Of a stretch of 31,160 nt of DNA, positions 18,218 to 26,719 are shown piece after piece. The position numbers were made by a program, and so were the translations under genes. How positions within the stretch are numbered: position 1 is the stretch's first letter; each line of letters starts with the position of its first letter. The notes beneath the pieces are model-generated. The model saw nothing but the letters and a program-made list of their open reading frames with translations, searched no databases and was not told where the DNA came from. Source of the stretch: Pseudomonadota bacterium (GTDB lineage Bacteria > Pseudomonadota > Alphaproteobacteria > Rhizobiales > Rhizobiaceae); contig JBCDIB010000001.1 of the NCBI GenBank assembly GCA_038749385.1, positions 1 through 31,160 of the forward strand, given 5' to 3'.

Positions 18218-19537
18218 ATGGCGCGCAAATTTCTCAGCCAGGAAACCATCCGGCTCAAGCGCGAAGGTCAGGTCGTGGCCGCCGACCGTATCGCGGACTT
18301 TGTGGGCGGCATAACCGATGGGTCGGTGTCTGAAGGCCAGATCGCCGCGTTTGCCATGGCGGTGTTCTTCCAGGATATGACGACTGACGAGCGAGTGGCG
18401 CTGACGAAAGCGATGCGCGACAGCGGCACCGTGCTGGCCTGGCCGGAATTGGACGGCCCTGTCGTGGACAAGCATTCCACCGGCGGGGTGGGCGATAATG
18501 TTTCGCTGATACTCGCGCCCATCGTTGCGGCGTGCGGGGCTTACGTGCCCATGATCTCAGGTCGTGGGCTCGGACATACCGGTGGCACGCTGGATAAATT
18601 CGATTCCATTCCCGGTTACCAGACCCAGCCCGATGAGGCGCTGTTTCGCAAGGTCACCAAGAAAGTGGGCTGCGCCATCATTGGCCAGACCGCCGATCTC
18701 GCCCCCGCGGACAAACGGTTTTATGGCATACGGGACGTCACCGCGACGGTGGAAAGCGTGCCGCTCATCACGGCATCTATCTTGTCCAAAAAGCTCGCTG
18801 CGGGCCTCGATGCGTTGGTGCTGGACGTCAAATGCGGCAATGGCGCATTTATGAAAGATGCCGACGAGGCCCGCGAGCTGGCCACCAGTCTGGTGCAGGT
18901 CGCCAATGGGGCTGGCGTTACGACCACCGCCCTGCTGACAGACATGAATCAGCCCTTGGCCAGCGCCATCGGCAATGCCGTCGAGATGCGCAACGCCGTG
19001 CGGCTCCTCACCGGCGACAGCTCTGACACGCGGCTTGAAGCTGTGACGGTGGAATTGTGCGCTGAAATGGTGTTGTCGGCGGGTATAGCCAGTTCCATCG
19101 AAGACGCGCGGGAACAGTGCCTGAACGCGCTCGCCTCCGGCGCCGCCGCCGAGAAGTTCGGACAGATGGTAACTGAACTTGGTGGCCCATCGGATTTTAT
19201 GGAGCAGATGGATAAGCACCTAATCGCCGCGCCTGTGGTGCGGGAAGTGACGGCCAGGAACACGGGGACTGTGGCATCCATAAACGCGTTCGCTCTGGGC
19301 GTTTCTGTCATTGAGCTCGGAGGCGGCCGCCGGGTCGCGGCGGATAAGATTGACCATTCTGTGGGCTATTCAGACGTGGTGCAGGTGGGTGATCGCCTGT
19401 CCAGTGGCGACCTGTTGGCCACGATCCACGCTGCTGACGACGCCGCGGCGGATGCGGCAGAGCAAGCGCTGCACGACGCCATAACTCTTGGCGATGCCGC
19501 CGACGGCCCGTTGTTTCTCGAGCGTATTACCGGCTAA
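18218..19537 (+). CDS. deoA: Thymidine/pyrimidine-nucleoside phosphorylase
   Basis: [49 protein letters not shown] and LGGGR. Likely start ATG 18218. Confidence 0.96.
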   Translation: MARKFLSQETIRLKREGQVVAADRIADFVGGITDGSVSEGQIAAFAMAVFFQDMTTDERVALTKAMRDSGTVLAWPELDGPVVDKHSTGGVGDNVSLILAPIVAACGAYVPMISGRGLGHTGGTLDKFDSIPGYQTQPDEALFRKVTKKVGCAIIGQTADLAPADKRFYGIRDVTATVESVPLITASILSKKLAAGLDALVLDVKCGNGAFMKDADEARELATSLVQVANGAGVTTTALLTDMNQPLASAIGNAVEMRNAVRLLTGDSSDTRLEAVTVELCAEMVLSAGIASSIEDAREQCLNALASGAAAEKFGQMVTELGGPSDFMEQMDKHLIAAPVVREVTARNTGTVASINAFALGVSVIELGGGRRVAADKIDHSVGYSDVVQVGDRLSSGDLLATIHAADDAAADAAEQALHDAITLGDAADGPLFLERITG

Positions 19538-20118
19538 TTTTGCAGGATCAGCTTGCCGTCACTCACGCGGTAGCTTTTCAAGCGGCTCAAGAATGAATTG
19601 CCCAGCAACACGGTGTCCAGCGCATTGTCATCGAGCACTAAGGCTTCGACGTTCCGAACCGTGATCCTACCGACCGACACGCTGTCCAGGATCGCCCGAG
19701 CGGCCATAACTTCGCCATTTGCCGTGCTCACCCGCACATTGTAGCGAAGCCCGCTGCCCCTGATACCAACCCGGCGCGCGGTGCTTTTGTTTAGCGCGAT
19801 GGTCGAAGCGCCGGTGTCAACCATCACAGGAATTGTGACCCGGTTCAGTTTTGCTTTCGGCCGGAAATGGCCGTCGCGGCCGGCGGTGATCATGGCGCGT
19901 TTGCCGCCGCCGGGATTTGTTCCAGCGCTCGTTTTGTACACGGGTTGCAGAGGCGATGTTTGGCGCTCGGTGCGTGCTGGCTTGCTCACCGATCGGCTCA
20001 CCGCCGGTGGTGTCGTTACCTCCGACCCGAGCCGTGCATCCAGATGCACCTGCAATTGCTGCACCATAAAGGGCGCAGCAAAGGCGGCGATACAACATGT
20101 GACGATCAGCGTGCGCAT
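19534..20118 (-). CDS. TIGR02281-family clan AA (retropepsin-like) aspartic protease with an N-terminal hydrophobic segment
   Basis: GHF...[15 protein letters not shown] catalytic motif, V.TANG, and [10 protein letters not shown]. The stop overlaps the deoA stop convergently. Confidence 0.92.
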   Translation of the reverse strand: MRTLIVTCCIAAFAAPFMVQQLQVHLDARLGSEVTTPPAVSRSVSKPARTERQTSPLQPVYKTSAGTNPGGGKRAMITAGRDGHFRPKAKLNRVTIPVMVDTGASTIALNKSTARRVGIRGSGLRYNVRVSTANGEVMAARAILDSVSVGRITVRNVEALVLDDNALDTVLLGNSFLSRLKSYRVSDGKLILQN

Positions 20119-20191
20119 GCGGCAACACTAGCAAACACGCATTCACAGCAAGTTAGCGCCGCATGGGACTGTCGCAAATCCAGCCGAAAAG

Positions 20192-20207
20192 GTTAGCTGC
20201 CGCTTAC
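20192..20207 (-). promoter_or_regulatory. Weak CtrA-like box upstream of the aspartic protease gene
   Basis: The minus strand reads GTAA-GCGGCAG-CTAAC versus the consensus TTAA-N7-TTAAC (2 mismatches), about 75 bp upstream of the ATG. Confidence 0.3.
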
Positions 20208-20217
20208 CTGCAAAGCT

Positions 20218-20880
20218 CTATTTTGTGCCGTACATACGGTCACCGGCATCGCCCAATCCGGGTACAATGTAGCCGAGATCGTTAAGGTGGCTGTCGACGG
20301 AGGCCGTGAAGATCGGCACATCTGGATGAGCTTTCTCGAAATTCTCAATGCCTTCAGGCGCAGCCAACAGGCACAGGAAGCGCATATCTTTCGCACCCCG
20401 TTCCTTGAGCTTGTCCACGGCCATGATAGCGGAGTTGGCAGTGGCCAGCATCGGGTCCACCACAATGGTCAGCCGGTCGGACAAATCCTCCGGCGCCTTG
20501 AAGTAATATTCCACTGGCTGCAGCGTTTCGTGGTCGCGGTATAGTCCGACATGGGCAACCCGGGCCGATGGTACGAGATCGAGCATACCCTCCAGCAGGC
20601 CATTGCCCGCCCGCAGCACAGACGCAAACACCATTTTCTTACCAGCAAGCATAGGGGCGTCCATCTCTTCCAGCGGCGTTTCGATCTGCACTCTGGTCAT
20701 GGGTATTGCCCTGGTTACCTCGTAGCAGAGCAGCAGCGAGATTTCGCGGAGCAGGCGGCGGAAGCCCGCGGTGGACGTATCCTTCTGGCGCATGTGGCTG
20801 AGTTTGTGCTGCACCAACGGATGGTCGACGACGGTGGTGTTGGTGGGGGTGTAGGTCGATTTGCTCACGGGTGGGCTCAT
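20218..20880 (-). CDS. upp: Uracil phosphoribosyltransferase
   Basis: [31 protein letters not shown] (PRPP-binding) and [12 protein letters not shown]. Confidence 0.97.
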   Translation of the reverse strand: MSPPVSKSTYTPTNTTVVDHPLVQHKLSHMRQKDTSTAGFRRLLREISLLLCYEVTRAIPMTRVQIETPLEEMDAPMLAGKKMVFASVLRAGNGLLEGMLDLVPSARVAHVGLYRDHETLQPVEYYFKAPEDLSDRLTIVVDPMLATANSAIMAVDKLKERGAKDMRFLCLLAAPEGIENFEKAHPDVPIFTASVDSHLNDLGYIVPGLGDAGDRMYGTK

Positions 20881-21857
20881 TGTTGAGGTGTGTCTAATTT
20901 TGCGAGAAGGGCTGTACGGGTAGCATCGTCCACAAAGGCGACGTTAATGGCTGTGCGGGTCATTTCGTTGTTTTCACCGCGTGAAAACCCAAAAGTGCTG
21001 GCGGCCATTTCATATTCTGCTTGAGTGCTGGTGGCAAAAAAAGGCGGATCATCTGCCGATACCGTCACAGGCACTCCCGCATCATGCAATGTCCGCAATG
21101 GATGTTTGTCCGCTGCGAACACGCCCAGCGCAATATTTGAACCGGGGCACACTTCCAGCACAATCTGTTCGTCCGCCAATCGCTTTACGAGGTCCGGATC
21201 TTCCACCGCCCGCACGCCGTGGCCGATGCGCTCAACCTGCAGGTGCTCGAGGCAGTCTCGCACGCTCTCGGCCCCGCACAACTCGCCCGCATGGGCCGTC
21301 AGGCGAAGTCCGGCGCCTTTGGCCCTCGCGAAGGCACCACCAACTTCAGACGGATGCCCCATGCGCTCGTCGCCTGCCATACCGAAACCGGTCACCATGG
21401 GGTGCGGATGCTTCTCGGCCAATTCTGCGGCTTCATCTATGTGGTGCATACCGATATTGCGCACACCGGTGGTGATGAAGCGGCACTCTATGCCGGTGGC
21501 CGCTTTGGCCTGCGCTGCGCCTTCTGCCATGGCGTCCCACATGTCGGTGACATGGCAGCCCATACGGTCCGAATTGTCGTGGGAGCAGAAGAATTCCTGA
21601 TAGATCACGCCATCGGCGGCTTGGCGCAGCAACACATCTTTCGTCAGCTCCACATAGTCTTCGGGAGCGCGCAACACATCTGAGACCGCGCCGTAGGCTG
21701 CGATGAACGAGGTGAAATCATGCCAGCCATATGTCTCCCCATCCTCGGCAAAGATCCCGCTCAGGTCGACATTGTATTTTCTCGCCTGGTCCCGCACGAA
21801 GGCCGGGTGCGCCGCGCCTTCTATATGGGTGTGAATATCAGCCATCGGCACGGTCAT
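20877..21857 (-). CDS. add: Adenosine/adenine deaminase (amidohydrolase superfamily)
   Basis: HTHIEG, TAHAGE, RIGHG, LEVCP.SN and DDPPFF metal/catalytic motifs. Nucleoside versus free-base specificity cannot be settled by eye. Confidence 0.88.
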   Translation of the reverse strand: MTVPMADIHTHIEGAAHPAFVRDQARKYNVDLSGIFAEDGETYGWHDFTSFIAAYGAVSDVLRAPEDYVELTKDVLLRQAADGVIYQEFFCSHDNSDRMGCHVTDMWDAMAEGAAQAKAATGIECRFITTGVRNIGMHHIDEAAELAEKHPHPMVTGFGMAGDERMGHPSEVGGAFARAKGAGLRLTAHAGELCGAESVRDCLEHLQVERIGHGVRAVEDPDLVKRLADEQIVLEVCPGSNIALGVFAADKHPLRTLHDAGVPVTVSADDPPFFATSTQAEYEMAASTFGFSRGENNEMTRTAINVAFVDDATRTALLAKLDTPQQ

Positions 21858-23095
21858 AGAAAACTCGTCCCGTGCGGCCCCGTGGGTAAATTGAGATGGG
21901 TGGCCACCGATGCGCCAACATCTGCGAAACTGTCGCGTCGTCCAATGAAGCCGCCATCGTGGCCAGGTCGATAGGCCAGCACCGGCACCTGTTCACGCGT
22001 ATGGTCGGTGCCGTGCCAGGACGGGTCGCAGCCATGGTCTGCGGTCAGAACCATCAAATCGCCATCCCGCAGTTTGGCCATCAGTTCCGGAAGCCGCGCA
22101 TCGAACGCTTCCAATGCGGCGGCATATCCCGGCACATCCCGGCGGTGACCGTAGAGCATGTCGAAGTCGACGAAATTGGTGAACACCAGATCACCGTCCC
22201 CCGCATCCTCCATGGCTTGCAGCGTGGCGTCTGTCAGCGCGTCGTTACCGGATGCCTTGCGTACATCGGTGACACCAGACTGCGCATAAATATCAGCGAT
22301 CTTGCCCACCGCGATGACCTGTCGCCCCGCTTCCTTGGCGCGGTCCAAAAAGGTGGGTTCGGGTGGCGCGACGGCGAAGTCCTTGCGATTGCCAGTGCGT
22401 TCATAGCCGGCCTCGGCGGTGCCAGTGAAAGGCCGCGCGATGACCCGTCCAATATTAAGCGGTGCGGTGTGTCGGAAGGCAATCTGGCAAAGTTCTAGCA
22501 AACGCTCGAGGCCGAAGATATCCGGGTCCTCATGGGCCGCAATCTGCAGCACTGAGTCATTGGATGTGTAAAAGATAGGTTTGCCGGAGCGCACGTGCTC
22601 GTCGCCCAGCCGCGATATGATTTCGGTGCCCGACGCATGTTCATTGCCCAGCGAGCCCTTAAGATTGGCTTCGGAATATATGCTGGCCATCAGTTGCGCG
22701 GGGAAGGTGGGTTTGGTGCGAGGGAAGTAACCCCAGTCGAAGGGCACGGGCAGACCGGCGATTTCCCAATGGCCGGAAGGGGTGTCTTTGCCCTTGGATT
22801 GTTCAACCGCGTGGGCGGCCAATGCCGTTGGCTGTGTGGCCACATCAAAACCGGGCGGTACCTCGCCCGTTGCGCTTTGGGCTGCATGGGCCAAACCCAA
22901 AGCCGTCAAATTTGGCAGTTTCAATGGTCCTGGGCCGGTCGGGCGTTGATCCGCCAAACCTTCGGCGCAGGCCTGGGCAATGTGCGCAAATGTGTTGGAC
23001 CCAACATCTGAGCCGTCCACCTGGCCATAGGAAGCCGCATCGGGCGCACCCCCAATGCCAAACGAATCCAGGACGAAGAGAAAAGCCCGTGCCAT
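21854..23095 (-). CDS. deoB: Phosphopentomutase
   Basis: [44 protein letters not shown] and TADHGCDP. Confidence 0.97.
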   Translation of the reverse strand: MARAFLFVLDSFGIGGAPDAASYGQVDGSDVGSNTFAHIAQACAEGLADQRPTGPGPLKLPNLTALGLAHAAQSATGEVPPGFDVATQPTALAAHAVEQSKGKDTPSGHWEIAGLPVPFDWGYFPRTKPTFPAQLMASIYSEANLKGSLGNEHASGTEIISRLGDEHVRSGKPIFYTSNDSVLQIAAHEDPDIFGLERLLELCQIAFRHTAPLNIGRVIARPFTGTAEAGYERTGNRKDFAVAPPEPTFLDRAKEAGRQVIAVGKIADIYAQSGVTDVRKASGNDALTDATLQAMEDAGDGDLVFTNFVDFDMLYGHRRDVPGYAAALEAFDARLPELMAKLRDGDLMVLTADHGCDPSWHGTDHTREQVPVLAYRPGHDGGFIGRRDSFADVGASVATHLNLPTGPHGTSFL

Positions 23096-23184
23096 GGCTT
23101 GAAGGTCTAGACCGCTTCGCCAAGGATTGCGAGAGAGGGCTTGCGCTACCCTTGCAATATGTATGGGGTCACACGGGAGATAGA

Positions 23185-24240
23185 ATGCTCATTTATCGGT
23201 TTTGCCTGTCTTCTATTGTGGCGGCCGCCTTGCTCTTAGCGGCGCCGCTGATGCAAATCGCCCACGCACAAGCCACCGAAGAGGACGTTGAGACACAGAC
23301 CGATACGAGCGGGGGATCTTTTGTCGAAGTGGCGCCGCCGCCCTCCGCTGCGTGGCGAGATGATATCGGCACTTTGCGCATTGGCGTCGCCGCGAGCGAT
23401 GACGGCCGAGGCGCCGCACGCAAGTTGGAATTGTTTCGCGAAAGCGTGGCCGACAAATTGGACATCCCGGTGGAAGTGGTTCCGTTCGGAGATTTTCTGA
23501 CACTATCAGACGCCCAAGCTTCGGGCCGAATAGAATATGCCATTCATTCAGCCCTCAGTTTTGCCATGACATCGGTGGCCTGCAATTGTGTGGAACCATT
23601 GGCGGTGCCGACATTTTCCGGTGGTGCCAAGGGAATGCGCCTCATCGTTATCGCCCGCAGTGACGCGAACGCTTCTGTGATGGCGCGGGACGGTGTGGCC
23701 GCCAAGCTGGCCCTGGTGGGTGACAAGCCCGATGGGTCCAGCATCGTTGAAATGACGCAAGCCTTGTTACAGCAGGAAGGTCCGTTGCCTGCCGCTTTTG
23801 AGACGCAGAACATCATTGCGATGCAGGATTTTTCCGCTGCGGTGGCAACACTGAATGCAGGAGAGGTACAAGGTGTCTTGGGCTGGTCAACGCTCACCGG
23901 CGCTTTGTCGGAGGGCTATTCCCACGGTACGCTGCGCCGCCTGGTTGAAACCGGCGCGATCTCCATCGACGATCTGGAGCTAGTCTGGCAATCGCCGGAA
24001 ATTGCGCTGGGCCCCCATGCCGTGCGCCGCAATTTACCAGTGGAGCTGAAAGGCCTGCTGCAGGCTCATCTTTTGGGCCTCGAAGGCGCTGAACCTGCCG
24101 CCTATGACAGTGTATCACCCACTTTGGCCGGTGGCTTCCGTGCCGTGCGTACATCAGACTATCAGGTTGTGAAAACGCTCATAGAGGCTGAGCCGGATCG
24201 CCAGCCGGACAGTGTCCTGCGTGGAGCCGGCGAACAGTAG
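23185..24240 (+). CDS. PhnD-like (phosphate/phosphite/phosphonate-type) periplasmic binding protein with no adjacent ABC partners
   Basis: Signal peptide (..[16 protein letters not shown]), LRIGV, EKL.IPVEV-like segment, G.IEYA.HSALSF and W.SPEI..GPHAVR..LP..LK..L...L pattern typical of PhnD. GGAG RBS before ATG 23185. The ORF-track extension to 22822 is antisense to deoB. Confidence 0.7.
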   Translation: MLIYRFCLSSIVAAALLLAAPLMQIAHAQATEEDVETQTDTSGGSFVEVAPPPSAAWRDDIGTLRIGVAASDDGRGAARKLELFRESVADKLDIPVEVVPFGDFLTLSDAQASGRIEYAIHSALSFAMTSVACNCVEPLAVPTFSGGAKGMRLIVIARSDANASVMARDGVAAKLALVGDKPDGSSIVEMTQALLQQEGPLPAAFETQNIIAMQDFSAAVATLNAGEVQGVLGWSTLTGALSEGYSHGTLRRLVETGAISIDDLELVWQSPEIALGPHAVRRNLPVELKGLLQAHLLGLEGAEPAAYDSVSPTLAGGFRAVRTSDYQVVKTLIEAEPDRQPDSVLRGAGEQ

Positions 24241-24251
24241 CAGGCCGGAGC

Positions 24252-24695
24252 CTACTCGTCCGTGTTTTCGACCGCGTAGCAGGCGCCGGTGGAGCACGAC
24301 AGTGCTGTCACGTCAGACCGGCTATACACATAAACTTTGGAATGTCCGTTGGCGCTGATGACGATTGTCTCGTCGAGGATTGGCTGCCCCGTTTCATCGA
24401 GCACGATCATATTGGTGGTGCCGAACGCTTTGCCAGTGAGCACAATGGTGCGCAGATCCTGCACCGTTGCGACCAGCATGGCCGGGTTGCCGACGATAAT
24501 GGTCGAGGCAGGCTGGGACAGACGGAAAACCTTGGCCTGGTCCTTATACACCACCAATGCGTCCTCGTCGGATGCGAGGGCTGGCCCTGTGGCAAGGCCA
24601 CCAGCCAACAACAAGCTTAGTGCGACCGTTGTGGCCCACGCGCTAATGCGCTGTCTAAAAGGCAGCGTGATGCTCGTCTCGATGGAATGGGCCAT
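24252..24695 (-). CDS. Pilus assembly protein with a secretin-N-like domain (T2SS-T3SS_pil_N type), secreted
   Basis: Signal-like helix, then V..DQAKVFRL..PASTIIVGNP.....V.....IVLTGK.FGTTN.IVLD. The start is 24695 (GGAG-spaced) or 24710. Confidence 0.85.
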   Translation of the reverse strand: MAHSIETSITLPFRQRISAWATTVALSLLLAGGLATGPALASDEDALVVYKDQAKVFRLSQPASTIIVGNPAMLVATVQDLRTIVLTGKAFGTTNMIVLDETGQPILDETIVISANGHSKVYVYSRSDVTALSCSTGACYAVENTDE

Positions 24696-24743
24696 TGCCA
24701 TGCTCTCCATTTGAATGCGTCACCGCAAGGTCACAGATAATGG

Positions 24744-24759
24744 TGAATCAACGCTTAAC
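24744..24759 (+). promoter_or_regulatory. CtrA-like box in the divergent pilin promoter region, overlapping a GANTC site
   Basis: TGAA-TCAACGC-TTAAC (1 mismatch to TTAA-N7-TTAAC). GAATC at 24745-24749. Confidence 0.5.
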
Positions 24760-24982
24760 TCGACGGTAGGCGGGAGTTTGCGGTGCTATCTGGACGGCAC
24801 ATTCCGAAGGATAAAATGCAAAGCAATCGGTTGCTTTTTCTTCACCACAACTGCCGGCTTCAGTGATTCATCTTTCGGTAATCGTGTTCCTTAAGCGGAC
24901 CGCAAGTGCCCATGGGTAGTTTGAGTTCATCCGACCAACAGCAAAAAGTTGGCGGTTGCTGTGAAAACAAAGGAACAAGACA

Positions 24983-25183
24983 ATGATGATGAAGCTCAAC
25001 AAATTTCTGAAAAAGACCTCCGGCGCGACTGCCATCGAATATGGCCTGATCGCTGCCCTGATCGCCGTCGTGGTGATCACCGCTGCAACGACTGTTGGTG
25101 ACGAGACTTCCAAGTCCTTCACGAAAATCGGCACAGCCATCAAAGCCGGTAACGACAAAGGCCCAGCTGCTGCTGGCGGCTAA
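24983..25183 (+). CDS. pilA: Flp/type IVb(c) major pilin
   Basis: Prepilin cleavage motif SG|ATAIEYGLIAALIAVVVI with Glu+5 and Tyr+6. AAGGA RBS 8 nt upstream. First gene of the cpa cluster. Confidence 0.96.
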   Translation: MMMKLNKFLKKTSGATAIEYGLIAALIAVVVITAATTVGDETSKSFTKIGTAIKAGNDKGPAAAGG

Positions 25184-25200
25184 GCCTTACCGAATATCTT

Positions 25201-25240
25201 AAGAGGGCTCCGCGTATCATGCGCGGAGCCCTTTTTGTTT
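25201..25240 (+). terminator. Intrinsic terminator after the pilin gene
   Basis: 11-bp stem AGGGCTCCGCG / CGCGGAGCCCT followed by TTTTGTTT. Confidence 0.8.
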
Positions 25241-25253
25241 GGAGCAGCCAAAG

Positions 25254-25769
25254 ATGACCCTGACCCTCGCATTCCAGACGTTGTTCATCGCGTGCATGGT
25301 CTGGGCTGCAGTGACAGATCTCTACACTTTCCGCATTTTCAATTCTCTGATCGTTACCCTGCTCGCGGCCTTTGGAGCGTACATTCTCCTGTCGGGCACG
25401 GCGTTCAGTGCGGATGGACTTGTCCAGATAGGCTGGCATCTTGTGGCCGCCATTGCGGCCTTTGCAATGTTTCTTGTGTTTTACGCCATCGGGCAGATGG
25501 GGGCGGGGGATGTGAAGCTGATTGCGGCAACGGTGCTGTGGCTTGGTTGGAACCGTGTCGCTCTGGATTATGTTTTGTATGCCTTGATTGCAGGCGGCGT
25601 TCTCACAATCGTCCTTCTGGTGTGGCGGCGATTTCCGTTGCCGGCGAGCGTTGCCAATATCCGTTTTATAAAGCGTCTGCACATCAGAAGGCTGAAAACA
25701 CCCTACGGCATTTCCTTAGGGGCCGTTGGTATTTGGGCCAGTTTCAACGCGCCAGTCTTCGGCCATTAG
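25254..25769 (+). CDS. cpaA: Prepilin peptidase (A24 family, CpaA/TadV)
   Basis: Catalytic aspartates in AVTDLYTFRI.N and MGAGDVKL, C-terminal PYGI.L, multiple TM helices. GGAG RBS before ATG 25254. Confidence 0.93.
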   Translation: MTLTLAFQTLFIACMVWAAVTDLYTFRIFNSLIVTLLAAFGAYILLSGTAFSADGLVQIGWHLVAAIAAFAMFLVFYAIGQMGAGDVKLIAATVLWLGWNRVALDYVLYALIAGGVLTIVLLVWRRFPLPASVANIRFIKRLHIRRLKTPYGISLGAVGIWASFNAPVFGH

Positions 25770-25806
25770 TGGTTCTCGCATCGGTTTTGAACGCGGAAAG
25801 GTTGCC

Positions 25807-25846
25807 TTAACCATGTCGCCTCACTCCCCGTTAACCGTAATCTAAC
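25807..25846 (+). promoter_or_regulatory. CtrA-like sites upstream of cpaB
   Basis: TTAACCAT at 25807-25814 and TTAA-CCGTAAT-CTAAC at 25831-25846 (1 mismatch to consensus). Confidence 0.6.
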
Positions 25847-25907
25847 GCTTCACAGACAAACTCAGGTCCAAACGTCGGGTGATCCGGCATGGTTTGGAGT
25901 ATGGGTA

Positions 25908-26711
25908 GTGAAAGTTTCTCGTCTTATCCCAGTTGCAGTTGCTGTGGTGGCCGCAGGCGGCGCTGGGCTCGTCGCGATGAATTTGGTCAACCAGCCTCAG
26001 GTGGTGGTGGACCAGGGGGCCGTTGCTGTTCAACCCGAGCGGCCAACGGTTGGCATTTTGGTTGCAAGCGATGATTTCGACATGGGCAACCGCGTCAACG
26101 ACACCAATGTGCGCTGGGAAGAGTGGCCAGAGGAAACGGTCAACGCCAATCCTGATTTCGTCCGAATTGATGAGAATCCCGGCGCGTTGGAAACCTATAT
26201 CGACTACATCGCGCTCTCAAACGTTATTTCCGGTGAGCCGGTCACTTCCAAGAAATTCGCCTCCGCTGAAAATGGCTTCATGTCCGCGCTTCTGCCTCCC
26301 GGCAAGCGCGCCATGGCAACCGAAATTTCGCTGACAACCGGGGCCGGCGGTTTCATTCTGCCCAACGACCATGTCGATGTGCTGATGACGCGGAACCTCG
26401 AAAGCACCGGCGGTGCCAATGAAGCCAGCGCGACGGAAGTGCTGTTTGAAAATGTCCGTGTGTTGGCCATCGGCCAGACTATCCGTGAAGAAGACGGCTC
26501 TCCGGTTGTGGAGGGAAGCACTGCAACCCTCGAACTGACCCCGCGCCAAACTCAGCTTCTCACAGCAGCCCGGGCGTATGAGGGCACATTGACCCTCGCC
26601 CTGCGCTCGCTGAGCGACAAACAGGGCGATTCCACCACCTTGGAACGTGAATTGGCCGGCTCCGTAAACATGATCCTCGGGGGCGTCAAAGGCGTCGCCG
26701 TCACCGAATGA
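25908..26711 (+). CDS. cpaB: Flp pilus assembly protein CpaB/RcpC
   Basis: N-terminal TM anchor, SAF-like region (VRWEEWP, GEPV...K), LPPGKRAMA, GAGGFILPND.VDV, ENVRVLAI and ATLELTP.Q. Confidence 0.95.
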   Translation: MKVSRLIPVAVAVVAAGGAGLVAMNLVNQPQVVVDQGAVAVQPERPTVGILVASDDFDMGNRVNDTNVRWEEWPEETVNANPDFVRIDENPGALETYIDYIALSNVISGEPVTSKKFASAENGFMSALLPPGKRAMATEISLTTGAGGFILPNDHVDVLMTRNLESTGGANEASATEVLFENVRVLAIGQTIREEDGSPVVEGSTATLELTPRQTQLLTAARAYEGTLTLALRSLSDKQGDSTTLERELAGSVNMILGGVKGVAVTE

Positions 26712-26719
26712 GGAACACG

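Noticed and set aside
22822-23184. N-terminal 121 codons of the 472-aa ORF
   Set aside because: Mostly antisense to deoB. A GGAG RBS, ATG 23185 and a signal peptide mark the real start.
24879-24894. TAA...TTAA near the pilin promoter as a full CtrA box
   Set aside because: The spacing is 9 rather than 7 nt, so it is counted only as a half-site.
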